Shown here: positions 9,849-20,580 of the stretch, in pieces
How positions within the stretch are numbered: the stretch's first letter is position 1
Layout of the letters: each line of letters opens with the position of its first letter
Assembly (NCBI GenBank): GCA_963845245.1
Contig: CAWJRJ010000022.1
Location: 9,311-73,310 of the forward strand
Reading direction: 5' to 3'
Source: Nitrospirota bacterium
Lineage (GTDB): Bacteria; Nitrospirota; JACRHJ01
Length of the DNA: 64,000 bases
Notes under the pieces: model-generated
Databases searched by the model: none
Seen by the model: the letters and a program-made list of their open reading frames with translations, nothing else
Told to the model about the DNA's origin: nothing
Program-made: the position numbers and the translations under genes

Positions 9849-11343
9849 CTAATCCGCCGGGCCGATGGACATCCAGAGTGTAGCGCCTTGCCTGTTTATA
9901 AGGAGAAGGACCGGCTCGTCTTTTTTAAGTTTTGCTACGATGGCATTATAATTTTTTGTATTCTTTACCGCCTTTTTGTTGATAGACAGTATAACGTCTC
10001 CCCTGGCAAGCCCTGCCTCATCCGCGGCACTACCCTGTTCGACAGTTATAACTACTACGCCAGCTACGTCCTTGTCGAGCCCCAGCTTGTCGATCATTTC
10101 AGGGGTGAGGTCCTGTACAGTCACCCCCGTAAGGGCTGAGGTCGTCTCTGGGGTCTCTGCACCGCCCTGGCCTGCCTGGGCTTCCTTGGGCTGCTCGCCG
10201 ACTTCCACATCAACTGTCATCTTGTTCTTATCTCTTATGATATCCAGCTTGAGACGGCTGCCGACCTTGGTCGAGGCTGCCATGTTCCTCAGGTGGCCGG
10301 AATCCTCAACTTTCTTGCCGTCAACTGCGACTATCACGTCTCCTCTTTTTATCCCTGCCTTTTCAGCCGGGCTGCCCTTGACAACCTCGCCGACGAGGGC
10401 GCCCTCGGCGTTCTCGACTCCGAACTGTTTTGCAAGCTCCGGGGTGACATCCTGTACAGACACGCCAAGCCAGCCGCGCACCACCTTCCCGGTTTTGACC
10501 AGGCTGTCCATCACCTGCTTGGCAATCTTTGCAGGCACGGCAAAGCCTATACCCTGATAACCTCCCGTACGGGAGAATATCGCGGTGTTTACTGCCGACG
10601 AGTTGGCCTCTCATGTTGATGAGCGCCCCTCCGGAGTTACCGGGGTTAATAGCCGCATCCGTCTGGATGAAGTCCTCGTAATCGGTAATGCCCACGTTAG
10701 CACGCCCGACAGCCGAAACTATACCTGTCGTAACAGACTGGCTAAGCCCGAACGGGCTACCGACGGCCATCACCATCTCACCGGCCCTGAGTTCGTCAGA
10801 ACTACCCCATTGAAGCGCGGGAAGATGTTTTGCGTCGATCTTTATCACGGCAATGTCGCTCCTCGGATCTGTGCCGATGACCTTGCCCTTGAACTCGCTC
10901 TTATCGTTTAGCACCACCTTTATCTCGGAAGCGCCATCGATCACGTGGTTGTTTGTGACAATATATCCGTCGGGCGAGACTATAACCCCGGAGCCAAGGC
11001 TGCGTTCCTTGAACTCCTGGTACCTTCCGCCGCCGCTTCCATCAGGCTGGCCAAAGAATTTCCTTAAAAACGGGTCCTCAAAGAAGGGGTAAAGGGGGTT
11101 TTCCTGCTTCACCGTCTTTGTCGTCGATATGTTAACTACCGAAGGTGTCACCGCCGCGGCTACATCCGCGAGCGCATTGCTGAGTTCGGTAAGGGCTGGG
11201 CTAACTTTCAGGGTTGGACGGGTTGCCGCGGAACCGAAATTTATGAGATCAAAGCGGGATGAAATGGTCAGACCGACCACTGCTCCAGCAAAAAGCAGCA
11301 CAACAATCCAGGCAGCCGTAATTTTTTTGTTAAAACGTAACAT
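9849..11343 (-). CDS. DegP/DegQ (HtrA) serine protease with two PDZ domains, one indel near 10595
   Basis: SLGSGVIV, TNNHV, IQTDAAINPGNSGG; two PDZ domains in the second ORF. Confidence 0.95.
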
Positions 11344-11469
11344 GGCGATTCTCCTCCCTCCAGAAAATAGCTTAATATTACGACGAAAAGTATTCCAAAC
11401 CTCTGCCGTTACCGAAAGTATAACATCCCGTGCGGTAATAGTAAATAGTTATTAAGGAGTTATGCGGAC

Positions 11470-11998
11470 TCAGGACTGCGGGGTGATTTTATAGAGGCCC
11501 TTCAAATGTCGGTAATTTTCGGCATGGTCGAGGCCATAACCCACCAAAAATACGTCCTCCACCACGATACCTGTATAATCGGGACGATATTCTGTCTTTC
11601 TGCGTGACGGTTTGTCAAGAAGCGTGCAGACCTTAAGGGATGCCGGCCCCTTTGATTCCATCCGTGCGATGATGGCTGCAAGTGTCTGCCCTGTATCGAT
11701 TATGTCCTCGACGATGATGACGTCCTGTCCCTGAATATCAAGGTCCATGCCGTCAAGTTCAATGATGCCTTTCGAGGTCGTACCGCCACCGTAGCTTGAA
11801 GCGCGGATAAACTCTATCCTAACAGGGAGTTCCAGGTGCCGGACGAGGTCTGCCATGAAGATGAAAGAGCCCTTCAGCACACCGACAAGCACCGGTGCCT
11901 TGCACTTGTAGTCATCGTTGATAAGCCCGGCCAGCCTTTGTACTCGCGGCGGCGACCTCGGAGGGGCTTATGACCTCCTCAAGCAATGGTTCCGGCAT
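11470..11998 (-). CDS. hpt: Hypoxanthine phosphoribosyltransferase (indel near 11947)
   Basis: VGVLKGSFIFMADL, IVEDIIDTGQT, FLVGYGLD; reconstructed N-terminus MPEPLLEEVISPSEVAARV. Confidence 0.93.
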
Positions 11999-13223
11999 CC
12001 GGGGTTACCTCCTTGATTTCATTGATTTGAACCTTTTTCAGCACATACATTGCAACCAGTATGAACATCAGCAGGCTGAATATCGCGATCCTGTACCTGA
12101 CGATGCCAAGCGGCTCAAAGGCGAGGATTATCCCTCCCCATACGAGCGGGCCTACCACGAAACCGAACTTTCCGCCGAGGTTGTAAAGCCCGTAGATCTC
12201 ACCGAATTTGCGCGGTGGGGACAGCCTCGCCACAAGCGCGCGTGATGCGACCCATGTCGAGCCGAGCGATATCCCGGCCAGCGGCCCTACCGCCCAGAAC
12301 ACCGTCTTGCTGAAGCTGAAACATGCAATCAGCATTGTAACTGCCCAGAGCAGGAGCGCCTGCATCAGCGCCCTCTTCGGCCCCAGCCAGTCGGTTACCT
12401 TCCCGGCAATGAACGAGCCTACCGCGGCAAACACGGTCGATACGATGAGGAATGTCCTTATCGCCTTGTCGTCCATGCCTATCGCCTTGCTCGCGTATAC
12501 CGCCATGAATACTATCACGGTGTTTACCGCGTCGCTGTATATCAGGTTCGCGATTAAAAACCTCAGGAGCCCGGGATAGCGGCGGGTATTCTTGAGGGTA
12601 AGAAATATCTTCTTGAACTCCCTCTTTATGCCGTAGGACTTTTTCGGTTTCCTCCTCGAATGTTCCTTTACGAACAGGAAGCATGGGATTGCAAAAACAA
12701 GGAAAAGTACTGCCGTCGGCAGGAACGCGGCCGACCTGCCGCCGCTGTCAACGAACGGCTTTACCATCATCAGGCCGCCTATCGAGCCGAGGTACCCAAG
12801 CGCAACGCCAAGGCCAGACACACTGCCGATGTTGACGCCCTCGCTCACTTCCGGCAGGAGGGAGTCGTAGGGCGCAAGCGCGGTCATGTAGCCGAAGTTG
12901 GCAATGGAGAACAGCAGCAGCGCCACGAACAGGCTGCCGGAAAGGCTGATAGCGGCCGTCGCCGATACGCAGAGCAACGTGAGCACAATCAGGAACGGCA
13001 TCCTGCTTTTTCTGCGGTCCGAGACAGCCCCTATGATGGGCATGACGGCCCCGGCGGCTACGACGGATACCGATAAGGCTATGCTGTAGTAGATATCCTT
13101 CCCGCCCATCTCTTGCGTGATCCACAGCGGGAAGTACATGGACAGCATGTTCATCGAGAACATTGTGTTGGCATAGTCGTAGAGCGCCCATGAGAACACG
13201 CGGGCCTTGCGGGGTATGGGCAT
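11979..13223 (-). CDS. MFS transporter (UMF1/ATG22-like family)
   Basis: SWALYDYAN N-terminal motif, about 12 hydrophobic segments, GAVSDRR motif A. Confidence 0.88.
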   Translation of the reverse strand: MPIPRKARVFSWALYDYANTMFSMNMLSMYFPLWITQEMGGKDIYYSIALSVSVVAAGAVMPIIGAVSDRRKSRMPFLIVLTLLCVSATAAISLSGSLFVALLLFSIANFGYMTALAPYDSLLPEVSEGVNIGSVSGLGVALGYLGSIGGLMMVKPFVDSGGRSAAFLPTAVLFLVFAIPCFLFVKEHSRRKPKKSYGIKREFKKIFLTLKNTRRYPGLLRFLIANLIYSDAVNTVIVFMAVYASKAIGMDDKAIRTFLIVSTVFAAVGSFIAGKVTDWLGPKRALMQALLLWAVTMLIACFSFSKTVFWAVGPLAGISLGSTWVASRALVARLSPPRKFGEIYGLYNLGGKFGFVVGPLVWGGIILAFEPLGIVRYRIAIFSLLMFILVAMYVLKKVQINEIKEVTPDAGTIA

Positions 13224-13227
13224 GGGG

Positions 13228-14276
13228 TCAGGCCTTCACGTAGATGGGGTTCGAGAATATCCAGGCGCGGTCAGGGCCGAAGAGGCTTTTCTTGAACACC
13301 TCGACACGGAAGACGCCGGGCTTCTTCACGGTATAGAGGTGATGCTTGCCGTAGCCTTCACGCCAGGGCGCGCCGTTCTTTATTATCCTGACCTTTGCCG
13401 AGCGTGGCAGTATCACCTCTAACTTCACGCCACCCGACAGGGTCATCTCGTCGCCCATCATCACCTTGCGCGAGGCGGTTGATGCGTTGAACTCGAAACC
13501 CCTGCCGCTGCCGATAATGTCGAAGGATACGAAACAGTGGCCGCGCTCAAGGGCGGTATAGACGGTCTTTTTGTCCGGGCCAAGTTCTCCCGTCAGGGGC
13601 TTGTCCGTTATGATATGCGTGTTGATTGTCTTGAAGAGATACTTGTACGGGAATATCTTCGGCTTGATCGCCCCGATGCCGAACCTGAATGCGTGTGCGT
13701 CCGTCCCGCCGATTGCGACCACCTTGCCGCTTTTCAGGTATTTGTCCCACATGGCCAGGGTCTCTTTGTCCGGCCCGGTTATCGCGCCGCGCCTGTTCAG
13801 GTAGTAAAAAAGCGCCTTGGGCCAGCTCGTTATCGGGCCCTTCCACTGCGATATGAAGTTCCAGATGCATATGCCGGTGAAGCCGGAGACGTTCCAGTTG
13901 TCCCAGGTAAAGGCGTGGCCTTTGTACCCGTACTTGCAGCCCTTCTCAAAAGGGTGGGCGATGAACCCTATCCCCCCCTGTGCATGTACGGCGTCTATCA
14001 CTGACTGGGGGTTATGCTGGTTGTCCGGGATTTCCTTCGCCACGCGCCAGGCGAGGTAGTGGTTGTGCTCGGTGCCTATCTCGGTGCCGAACAGCATCAG
14101 CACCTTGCCGTGCCAGCCCTCCTTGCCGTCCCGGATGGGCTTCAGGGTGTGGTGGTCGGTCATACCGACGAAATCCAAGCCCCGCAATCACGCGCCGCTT
14201 CCGCTATCTCTTCAATAGTGCCGGTGCCGTCCGAGTATGTGGAATGTACGTGGAGGTTCCCTACATATTCGCTCAT
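13228..14276 (-). CDS. PHP-family metallo-phosphoesterase (indel near 14190)
   Basis: Reconstructed start MSEYVGNLHVHSTYSDG; MTDHH, IAHP and GGTDAH motifs. Confidence 0.88.
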
Positions 14277-14351
14277 ATACCTATCGTAACATCGCGAAAT
14301 ATCAGAGTCAATACCAATGAGCAGGATGGAATCCACCGGGTTATCTATCTC

Positions 14352-14385
14352 TTGATTTAAATAAGCGTTACTGTATAATATTATA
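14352..14385 (+). promoter_or_regulatory. Putative sigma70 promoter of hicBA with a palindrome over the -10
   Basis: TTGATT-N16-TATAAT; perfect palindrome TATAATATTATA at 14374-14385. Confidence 0.5.
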
Positions 14386-14422
14386 AGCGATAATCGAGCG
14401 CATTACCACAAAGGAGCCGAAC

Positions 14423-14635
14423 ATGAAAGCATACAATCTTTCGGTCATCATAGAGCAGGACGAAGACGGCTACTACGTCGCCACCGTACCGGTTCTTAAA
14501 AGCTGCTACACCCAGGCAAAGTCCATGGACGAGCTTATTCCGAGAATCAAGGAAGTCATCGACCTGTGCCTTGAAGAGGAGGAGCCGGAGTCATTGAGGT
14601 TTGTCGGCGTCCAACAGGTCGAAGTTGTGAAATGA
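14423..14635 (+). CDS. hicB: HicB-family antitoxin (short, no C-terminal DNA-binding domain)
   Basis: VIIEQDEDGYYVATVPVLKSCYTQAKS; ATGA overlap with hicA. Confidence 0.9.
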   Translation: MKAYNLSVIIEQDEDGYYVATVPVLKSCYTQAKSMDELIPRIKEVIDLCLEEEEPESLRFVGVQQVEVVK

Positions 14636-14862
14636 CCACCTTCCCCGTCGTCAAGGCCGACCGGCTTATAAAATTTCTTATTGAACACGGCTTCCAGGAA
14701 ACACGACAAAAGGGAAGCCATAAATTTTTCAGGCACCCTGACGGCAGGACTTGCGTGGTCCCTTTCCATAAAGGCGAAGACCTCGGCAAAGGCATTTTAC
14801 GAAAAATACTGAACGACATAGAGGTTTCAAAAGAAGATTTCTATAACTGGTATTTGGGTTAG
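14632..14862 (+). CDS. hicA: HicA-family mRNA interferase toxin
   Basis: GFQETRQKGSHKFFRHPDGRTCVVPFH...LGKGILRKIL. Confidence 0.92.
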   Translation: MTTFPVVKADRLIKFLIEHGFQETRQKGSHKFFRHPDGRTCVVPFHKGEDLGKGILRKILNDIEVSKEDFYNWYLG

Positions 14863-14914
14863 CAAGAGCCGGGCAATACCGATGTGTACCTATTTTTAAT
14901 TGTGGAGGTCTTTC

Positions 14915-15339
14915 ATGACAACCGGCAAAGAAAGGTATATATCACTCAGCAGATTTGGGTTGTGTATTGGAGCCGCCCTAATTTTAGTCTTTTATTCCAA
15001 TGCTGCTGCTTCCACTCACCTCACTTATTATTTGCCAATTGGCGTAGTTCTCATGTCAGCCTATTCCTGGCTCGTTATAAAAAAACTTAGAGGTATATAC
15101 CCTGTTTCATCAAGGGCAATAGGTCAGTTAAGTTTAACTTTTCTTGTATATGGCTTAACTAGTTTTAACCAAATGAATAATATTAAACAATCAATTAAAC
15201 AGGGCTTAGTCGCAGATGATGCGACAATTTACAAATTTGCTTGTAATGTAGTACAGAGCAATATAGCAGTGTGATGTTCGTCGGACTATTGTTAATGTTC
15301 TTTGTTTCAAAAAGGAAAAGATACCTAACGCCAGATTGA
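14915..15339 (+). CDS. AT-rich hypothetical membrane protein (~4 TM; apparent 2-bp TG duplication at ~15271)
   Basis: GGAGG RBS; hydrophobic segments; removing the TG joins the ORF to MFVGLLLMFFVSKRKRYLTPD*. Confidence 0.55.
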
Positions 15340-15365
15340 TAATGTCAAATATTAGGGAGATAATT

Positions 15366-15698
15366 ATGCCTGACGCTGACGAAAATAAGTCTGAACTGGA
15401 GTTTGTAGAGAAGCTTAGAGAGAAACTTCGTTGTCCAGATGTGCGATGGTGGGAGAGTTGCGAGGGTGTCGCCAAACTTCATTCAATATATTGTCATCGA
15501 CACGGATATTCTGGTCAAGGTAAACGCGAAGGCTGGAAACAAATTGACACAGCTGAGGAACTTAATTTATCTCGCTCAACGGTTACAATTTACCTTCGCA
15601 TGGCTGCAAATCTTATAAAATGGCCAGACCTAAAAAATGAGGAAAGTTTTTTGGCGGCTACCGATGCCGTTAAGAGAAAGTTAAATGACCGAAATTAG
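15366..15698 (+). CDS. Hypothetical HTH protein (resembles the ParB/KorB-type HTH)
   Basis: AGGGAG RBS; GWKQIDTAEELNLSRSTVTIYLRMA helix-turn-helix pattern. Confidence 0.6.
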   Translation: MPDADENKSELEFVEKLREKLRCPDVRWWESCEGVAKLHSIYCHRHGYSGQGKREGWKQIDTAEELNLSRSTVTIYLRMAANLIKWPDLKNEESFLAATDAVKRKLNDRN

Positions 15699-15712
15699 GG
15701 GGCAAGTCCCAT

Positions 15713-17088
15713 TTAAAGCAACATGCCAATATTATGATGTACCGTCGCCTTTATCGCCTTCCTAACAATGCCCGTCAGTTTCTTCAACTCCCCTTCGCTT
15801 ATCGACAGCGGCGGCATAAGCACGATGACATTTCCGAGCGGGCGGATAATCGCGCCGAGCTTGCGCGCCTCCATGCAGACGCGCATCCCCATCTTCTCGG
15901 ATAGCGGGAACGGCTCCTTCGTCTTCTTGTTTTTCACAAGCTCGATGCCGACCATGAACCCCTTTTGCCGCACATCGCCGACATGGGGCATGCGGGCAAT
16001 CTTATCAAGCTCCGCTTTTTAAAAGCGCGATCTTCGGCTGAAGCTTCTCAAGGGTCTGCTCGTCCTCGAAGACCTTGAGGTTCGCAATCGCCGCCGCGCA
16101 GGCGAGCGGGTTCGCGGTGTAGCTGTGGCCGTGGAAGAAGGTCTTGAACTCGCTGTAATCGGCCAGGAAGCCCTCGTATATCTTGGCGGTGGTAACCGTG
16201 GCCGCGAGCGGCAGGTAGCCGCCGGTTATGCCCTTTGGAGAGGCAGATGATGTCCGGCGAGACGCCTTCCTGCTCGCAGGCGAACATCGTCCCCGTGCGC
16301 CCGAACCCGGTCGCGACCTCGTCCGCTATCATGAATATGCCGTGGCGGTCGCAGATCTCGCGGACGCGCTTTAGGTACCCCGGCGGCTGGACGTACATCC
16401 CCGCCGCGCCCTGCACCAGCGGCTCGACGACCACCGCCGCGACCTCGCCTTCGTTAGACTGCACAAGACGGCCCAACTCTTCCACGCACTCAAGCCCGCA
16501 TTCGGGGTAGGAGAGCCCCTTCTCGCACCTGTAACAGTACGGCGCCTGCGCCTTTATGGTATCGAACAGGAGCGGCCTGAATATGTCGTGGAACAGCTCC
16601 ATCCCGCCGACGCTGACGGAGCCGATGGTGTCGCCGTGGTAGGCCTCCTTCAGGCAGATGAATTTCGTCCTCTTTGACTCCCCATTCTGGCGCCAGTACT
16701 GGAAGGCCATCTTCAGGGCTATCTCGACGGAGGTGGAGCCGTTGTCGGAATAGAACACCCGCTCAAGCCCGGCGGGGGTAATCTCAACGAGCCTCTTCGC
16801 AAGCTCTATCGCGGTGGGATGGGTGAGACCGAGGAATGTGGTATGCGCGACCTTCTTGAGCTGGTCGGTTATCGCGCGGTCGATCTCTTTCTTTTGGTGG
16901 CCGTGGACATTGACCCAAAGCGACGAGACGCCGTCTATGTATTTGTTGCCATCGGCGTCATACAGCCAGCTCCCCTTGCCGCGCTCGATGACGAGCTGGT
17001 CTTCGGCCTCCCAGTCGCGCATCTGGGTGAACGGGTGCCAGATGTATTTTTTGTCGTCGGCGATAAGTTTTTTGTTCATGCTGTCCAT
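15713..17088 (-). CDS. bioA: Adenosylmethionine-8-amino-7-oxononanoate aminotransferase (two indels)
   Basis: [61 protein letters not shown]. Confidence 0.94.
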
Positions 17089-17098
17089 CTGAATCCCC

Positions 17099-18179
17099 TC
17101 ACCTTCCCCCCACCCTGCCCTCCCCCGCAGGTGGGGAGGGGAAAAGGTATATGCCACCTAGGGGGGCCGGGTACGATATCCAGACTATTAGTTCTCCCTG
17201 TATTATTACCGAGCGCTCGTGCAGCCTCTTCGCCTTTATCTTCGTGAAGCCCGCTTCCTTGAGCCAGGCGGACATCTCGCTTGCGGTATACGTGCGGCCC
17301 GTGTTGTTCACCAGCATGTTTATGGCGAAGATAAGCGGGGGCGGAGGGCTGACCCTGTCCTCGTTCAGGGCGTTCTCGTTTATCACGATGCGCCCGCCCG
17401 GCTTCAGTATCCTGTACACCTTCTTTATCAGCGCCGACGCACTTCTTCTCGCCCGCCGCATGGAGCACCTGCGACAGAAGCGCCATGTCGTAATCGTCGC
17501 CGATGCCAAGCTCCGGCACGTCGAAGAACTCGCAGTCCACCGCCTTTATCCTCTTCTGAAGGCCGTATTTCTTTATGTATCCCCTTGCCACCCTGACGGT
17601 GCTCGGGTAGTCCGCCACAATAAAGCCGGTGTCCGGGTTCTTCTCCGAAAATGCGATGGGATATTGGGCCGGGCCGCCGCCGATGTCCGCCATCTTCATG
17701 ACACCTTTGAGGTCTATGTGCTTCGCGAGAAGCCTCGCCGTACCCATCCCTATCTCGAACATCCCGCATATGAAGTTGCGGTTTCTGTGTTTGTCCGTCA
17801 GGATGCTCGGGACGCCGGGCTTCTTCGGCCTGCCTTTTTTTATTATCGCATCCAGCCTGTTCCAGGACTCGTACATGTGGTTCATGTGGGTGGCTATGCA
17901 GGAGAGGCCTTCATCCGAATCCGTACCCAGATACTTCTCAATGTCCGGCGCGTTCTTGTACCTGCCCGCCTTGTACGTGACCAGCCCGAGCCCGACAAGC
18001 GCACCGAGCAAAAGACCTGTGGCCTCGGCGTCGAGCTTCAAACCGCTTGCGACCTCTGCCGCAGTGCGCGACTTGCTTCCGATGAACTTGAATATACCAA
18101 GCTCGTTCGCAGTCAGCAGTATCTTGGAGTACTGGAACCCGGCCGCCATGCTTATTACCCTGTCCTGGTTTATCTCCAT
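17099..18179 (-). CDS. SAM-dependent O-methyltransferase (family 2, with dimerisation domain), indel near 17440; true 3' end uncertain
   Basis: N-terminal winged-helix dimerisation region, ADIGGGP SAM motif, [10 protein letters not shown]. Confidence 0.85.
17106..17143. repeat. REP-like C/G-rich hairpin CCCCCACCCTGCCCTCCCCCGCAGGTGGGGAGGG
   Basis: Imperfect palindrome at the methyltransferase/bioA junction; similar architecture to 63115-63147. Confidence 0.6.
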
Positions 18180-18197
18180 GTGTTCTCCTATCTATAT

Positions 18198-18956
18198 TTA
18201 AATTTCAATCCTCATGCCGTCATATCCAAGCTCCACACCCTTGGGGAGTGATGCGTTGACCTCGTCGTATTCCAGGTTGTGCGCCATATGGGTAAGGATG
18301 GAACGTTCCGCCCCTATCCGTCCTGCAACCTCCACTGCCTGCTCGAGCGTTATGTGCGACGGGTGCGGTTCGCGACGGAGTGCCTCAAGCACCAGCACCT
18401 TCACACCTTTCAGCAGTTCCTCCGATTCCTCCGGTATCTCGCTAAAGTCCGTGATGTATGCAAAGTCTCCGAAACGGTAACCGTAGATCGGCAGGCTGCC
18501 GTGCATAAGTTCGATGGGGGTAATCTTCTGCCCGAACAGCTCGAAAGGCCCTTCGATTTCCTGTGTGACGAGGTTCGGCTGCCAGCCGGGTAGGCCGGGG
18601 TTGATGAATATGTATTTGAACGTCTCGCGGAGGTATTTAAGGGTCTCGGCGGCTCCGTAACAGGTGATGGCCATCCCTTGCAGCCAGTTGAAACGCCGCA
18701 GTTCGTCGATGCCGTGTATGTGTTCGGCGTGCGGGTGGGTATAGAGCACCGCGTCCACATGCTCGATGCCGTTTGCGATCGCCTGCGCCCGGAGGTCGGT
18801 CGTGGTGTCCACAAGGATGTTCTTGTCCCCGACGGTGACCAGGACCGAGGAGCGGGTGCGCCTGTTTTTCGGGTTGGTCGAGGTACAGACCGGACATTTG
18901 CAGGCTATCATCGGCACGCCGAAAGAGGTGCCGCAACCGAGTATCGTCACTTCCAT
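18198..18956 (-). CDS. MBL-fold metallohydrolase (PhnP-like)
   Basis: LGCGTSFGVP..CKCPVC, THPHAEH, YITD and LTHMAH motifs. Confidence 0.9.
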   Translation of the reverse strand: MEVTILGCGTSFGVPMIACKCPVCTSTNPKNRRTRSSVLVTVGDKNILVDTTTDLRAQAIANGIEHVDAVLYTHPHAEHIHGIDELRRFNWLQGMAITCYGAAETLKYLRETFKYIFINPGLPGWQPNLVTQEIEGPFELFGQKITPIELMHGSLPIYGYRFGDFAYITDFSEIPEESEELLKGVKVLVLEALRREPHPSHITLEQAVEVAGRIGAERSILTHMAHNLEYDEVNASLPKGVELGYDGMRIEI

Positions 18957-19076
18957 TTGCTATCCTCCCGATGCAGAAAAAAATTCTATAACAAAAATAG
19001 GTATTTTGCAACACGCTCTTGGGATACTGGCCCGGAAAACCCCTTTTTTTGTTATATTTTAAGAGTAAGGTAATAA

Positions 19077-20575
19077 TTGGAGATGGATATGGAAAAGCTG
19101 AAAAACTACATAGATGGGGAATGGGTGGACTCCTCAGGCGAGGAGAGGTTCGAGACCCTGAACCCCGCGACCGGAGAGGTATTGGGCGATGCCCCGGTCA
19201 GCACCCACGAGGATATAGACCGCGCAGTTGCGGCCGCGAGGGAGGCATACAAGAAGTGGCGGCTCGTTCCGGCACCGAAGCGCGGCGAGATAATCTTCCG
19301 GGCGGCAGAGGCGCTGCTGACGGACAAACAGCGGCTCGGCGAGCTGGTGACGGCCGAGATGGGCAAGGTAATAGCGGAAGGGCTGGGCGACGTGCAGGAG
19401 GCCATAGACATGGCCTACTACATGGCGGGCGAGGGCCGCAGGCTGTCAGGCGAGACTATACCGTCGGAGCTTCCCGAGAAGGACTGCAAATCGGTGCGGG
19501 TGCCTGTCGGAACGTTCGCGCTGATCACGCCCTGGAACTTCCCCACCGCCATACCTTCGTGGAAGATATTCCCGGCGCTTGTATGCCGGAAATACCGTCA
19601 TTTTCAAGCCCAGCAGGTATACGCCGATATGCGGCACGGAGATAGTAAGGAAGCTCGTTGACGCCGGAATACCCAAGGGCGTCCTGAACCTCATACACGG
19701 CCCCGGCGGCGAAGTGGGCGAATACCTTGCCACTCACAACGGGCATAGACGGCGTATCGTTCACCGGGTCGTCCGCAGTGGGCGGCAGGCTGGCGGGTAT
19801 GTGCAGCGCGCCGGGCAAGGGCATATCGTGCGAGATGGGCGGCAAGAACGCGATAATCGTCATGGAGGACGCCGACCTCGGCCTTGCCGTGGAGGGCGCG
19901 ATATGGGGCGGCTTCGGGACCACGGGCCAGAGGTGCACCGCCGCATCGAGGGTGATCGTCCAGAAAGACGTGCATGACAAGTTTCTTGAGAAGTTCATGG
20001 CCACAGCAAAAGGGTTGAGGATCGGAAACGGCCTGAGGCACGACATTGACATGGGGCCGCTGGTGAGCGAGGAACAACTTGAAAAAGTCGTGGGGTACAT
20101 AAAGGTGGGACTGTCCGAAGGCGCGACGCTGGTAATGGGCGGCAAACGTTGCTCTGGCGACGGGCTTGACCGCGGGTATTTCTTCGAGCCCACTATCTTC
20201 ACGAACGTCAGACCCAATATGCGCATCGCGCAGGAGGAGATATTCGGGCCCGTGGTTTCCGTATTAAAAGCTGAAGACATTCGGGATGCGCTTGATATTG
20301 CCAACGGCGTGGAGTACGGGCTTGTCGATTCGATCTACACGAACAACATCAGGTACAGCGCTCTGGCGGAGCGCGACCTTGAGACCGGGATCGTGTACAT
20401 AAACGCAAGCACCATCGGCGCGGAGATACAGCTCCCGTTCGGCGGCGAGAAGAAGAGCGGCTTCGGCGGCAAGGAAGCCGGAGGCCGCGGCGGGGCGCTC
20501 GATATGTTCACCCGCTGGAAGGTGATATACAGGGATTACAGCGGTAGGCTTCAGAAGGCCCAAATAACCAGGTAG
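19077..20575 (+). CDS. Aldehyde dehydrogenase (probable amino-acid semialdehyde dehydrogenase), two indels
   Basis: [32 protein letters not shown]-terminus [11 protein letters not shown]. Confidence 0.93.
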
Positions 20576-20580
20576 CAAGG

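Noticed and set aside
11379..11413. ECF promoter upstream of degP (GGTAAC...CGTC)
   Set aside because: The 22-bp spacer is too long
17151..18251. 366-aa + strand ORF
   Set aside because: Antisense to the O-methyltransferase
19560..19745. Programmed ribosomal frameshifting in ALDH and other split genes
   Set aside because: No consistent slippery sequences; breaks are scattered over many unrelated genes, as expected for sequencing error
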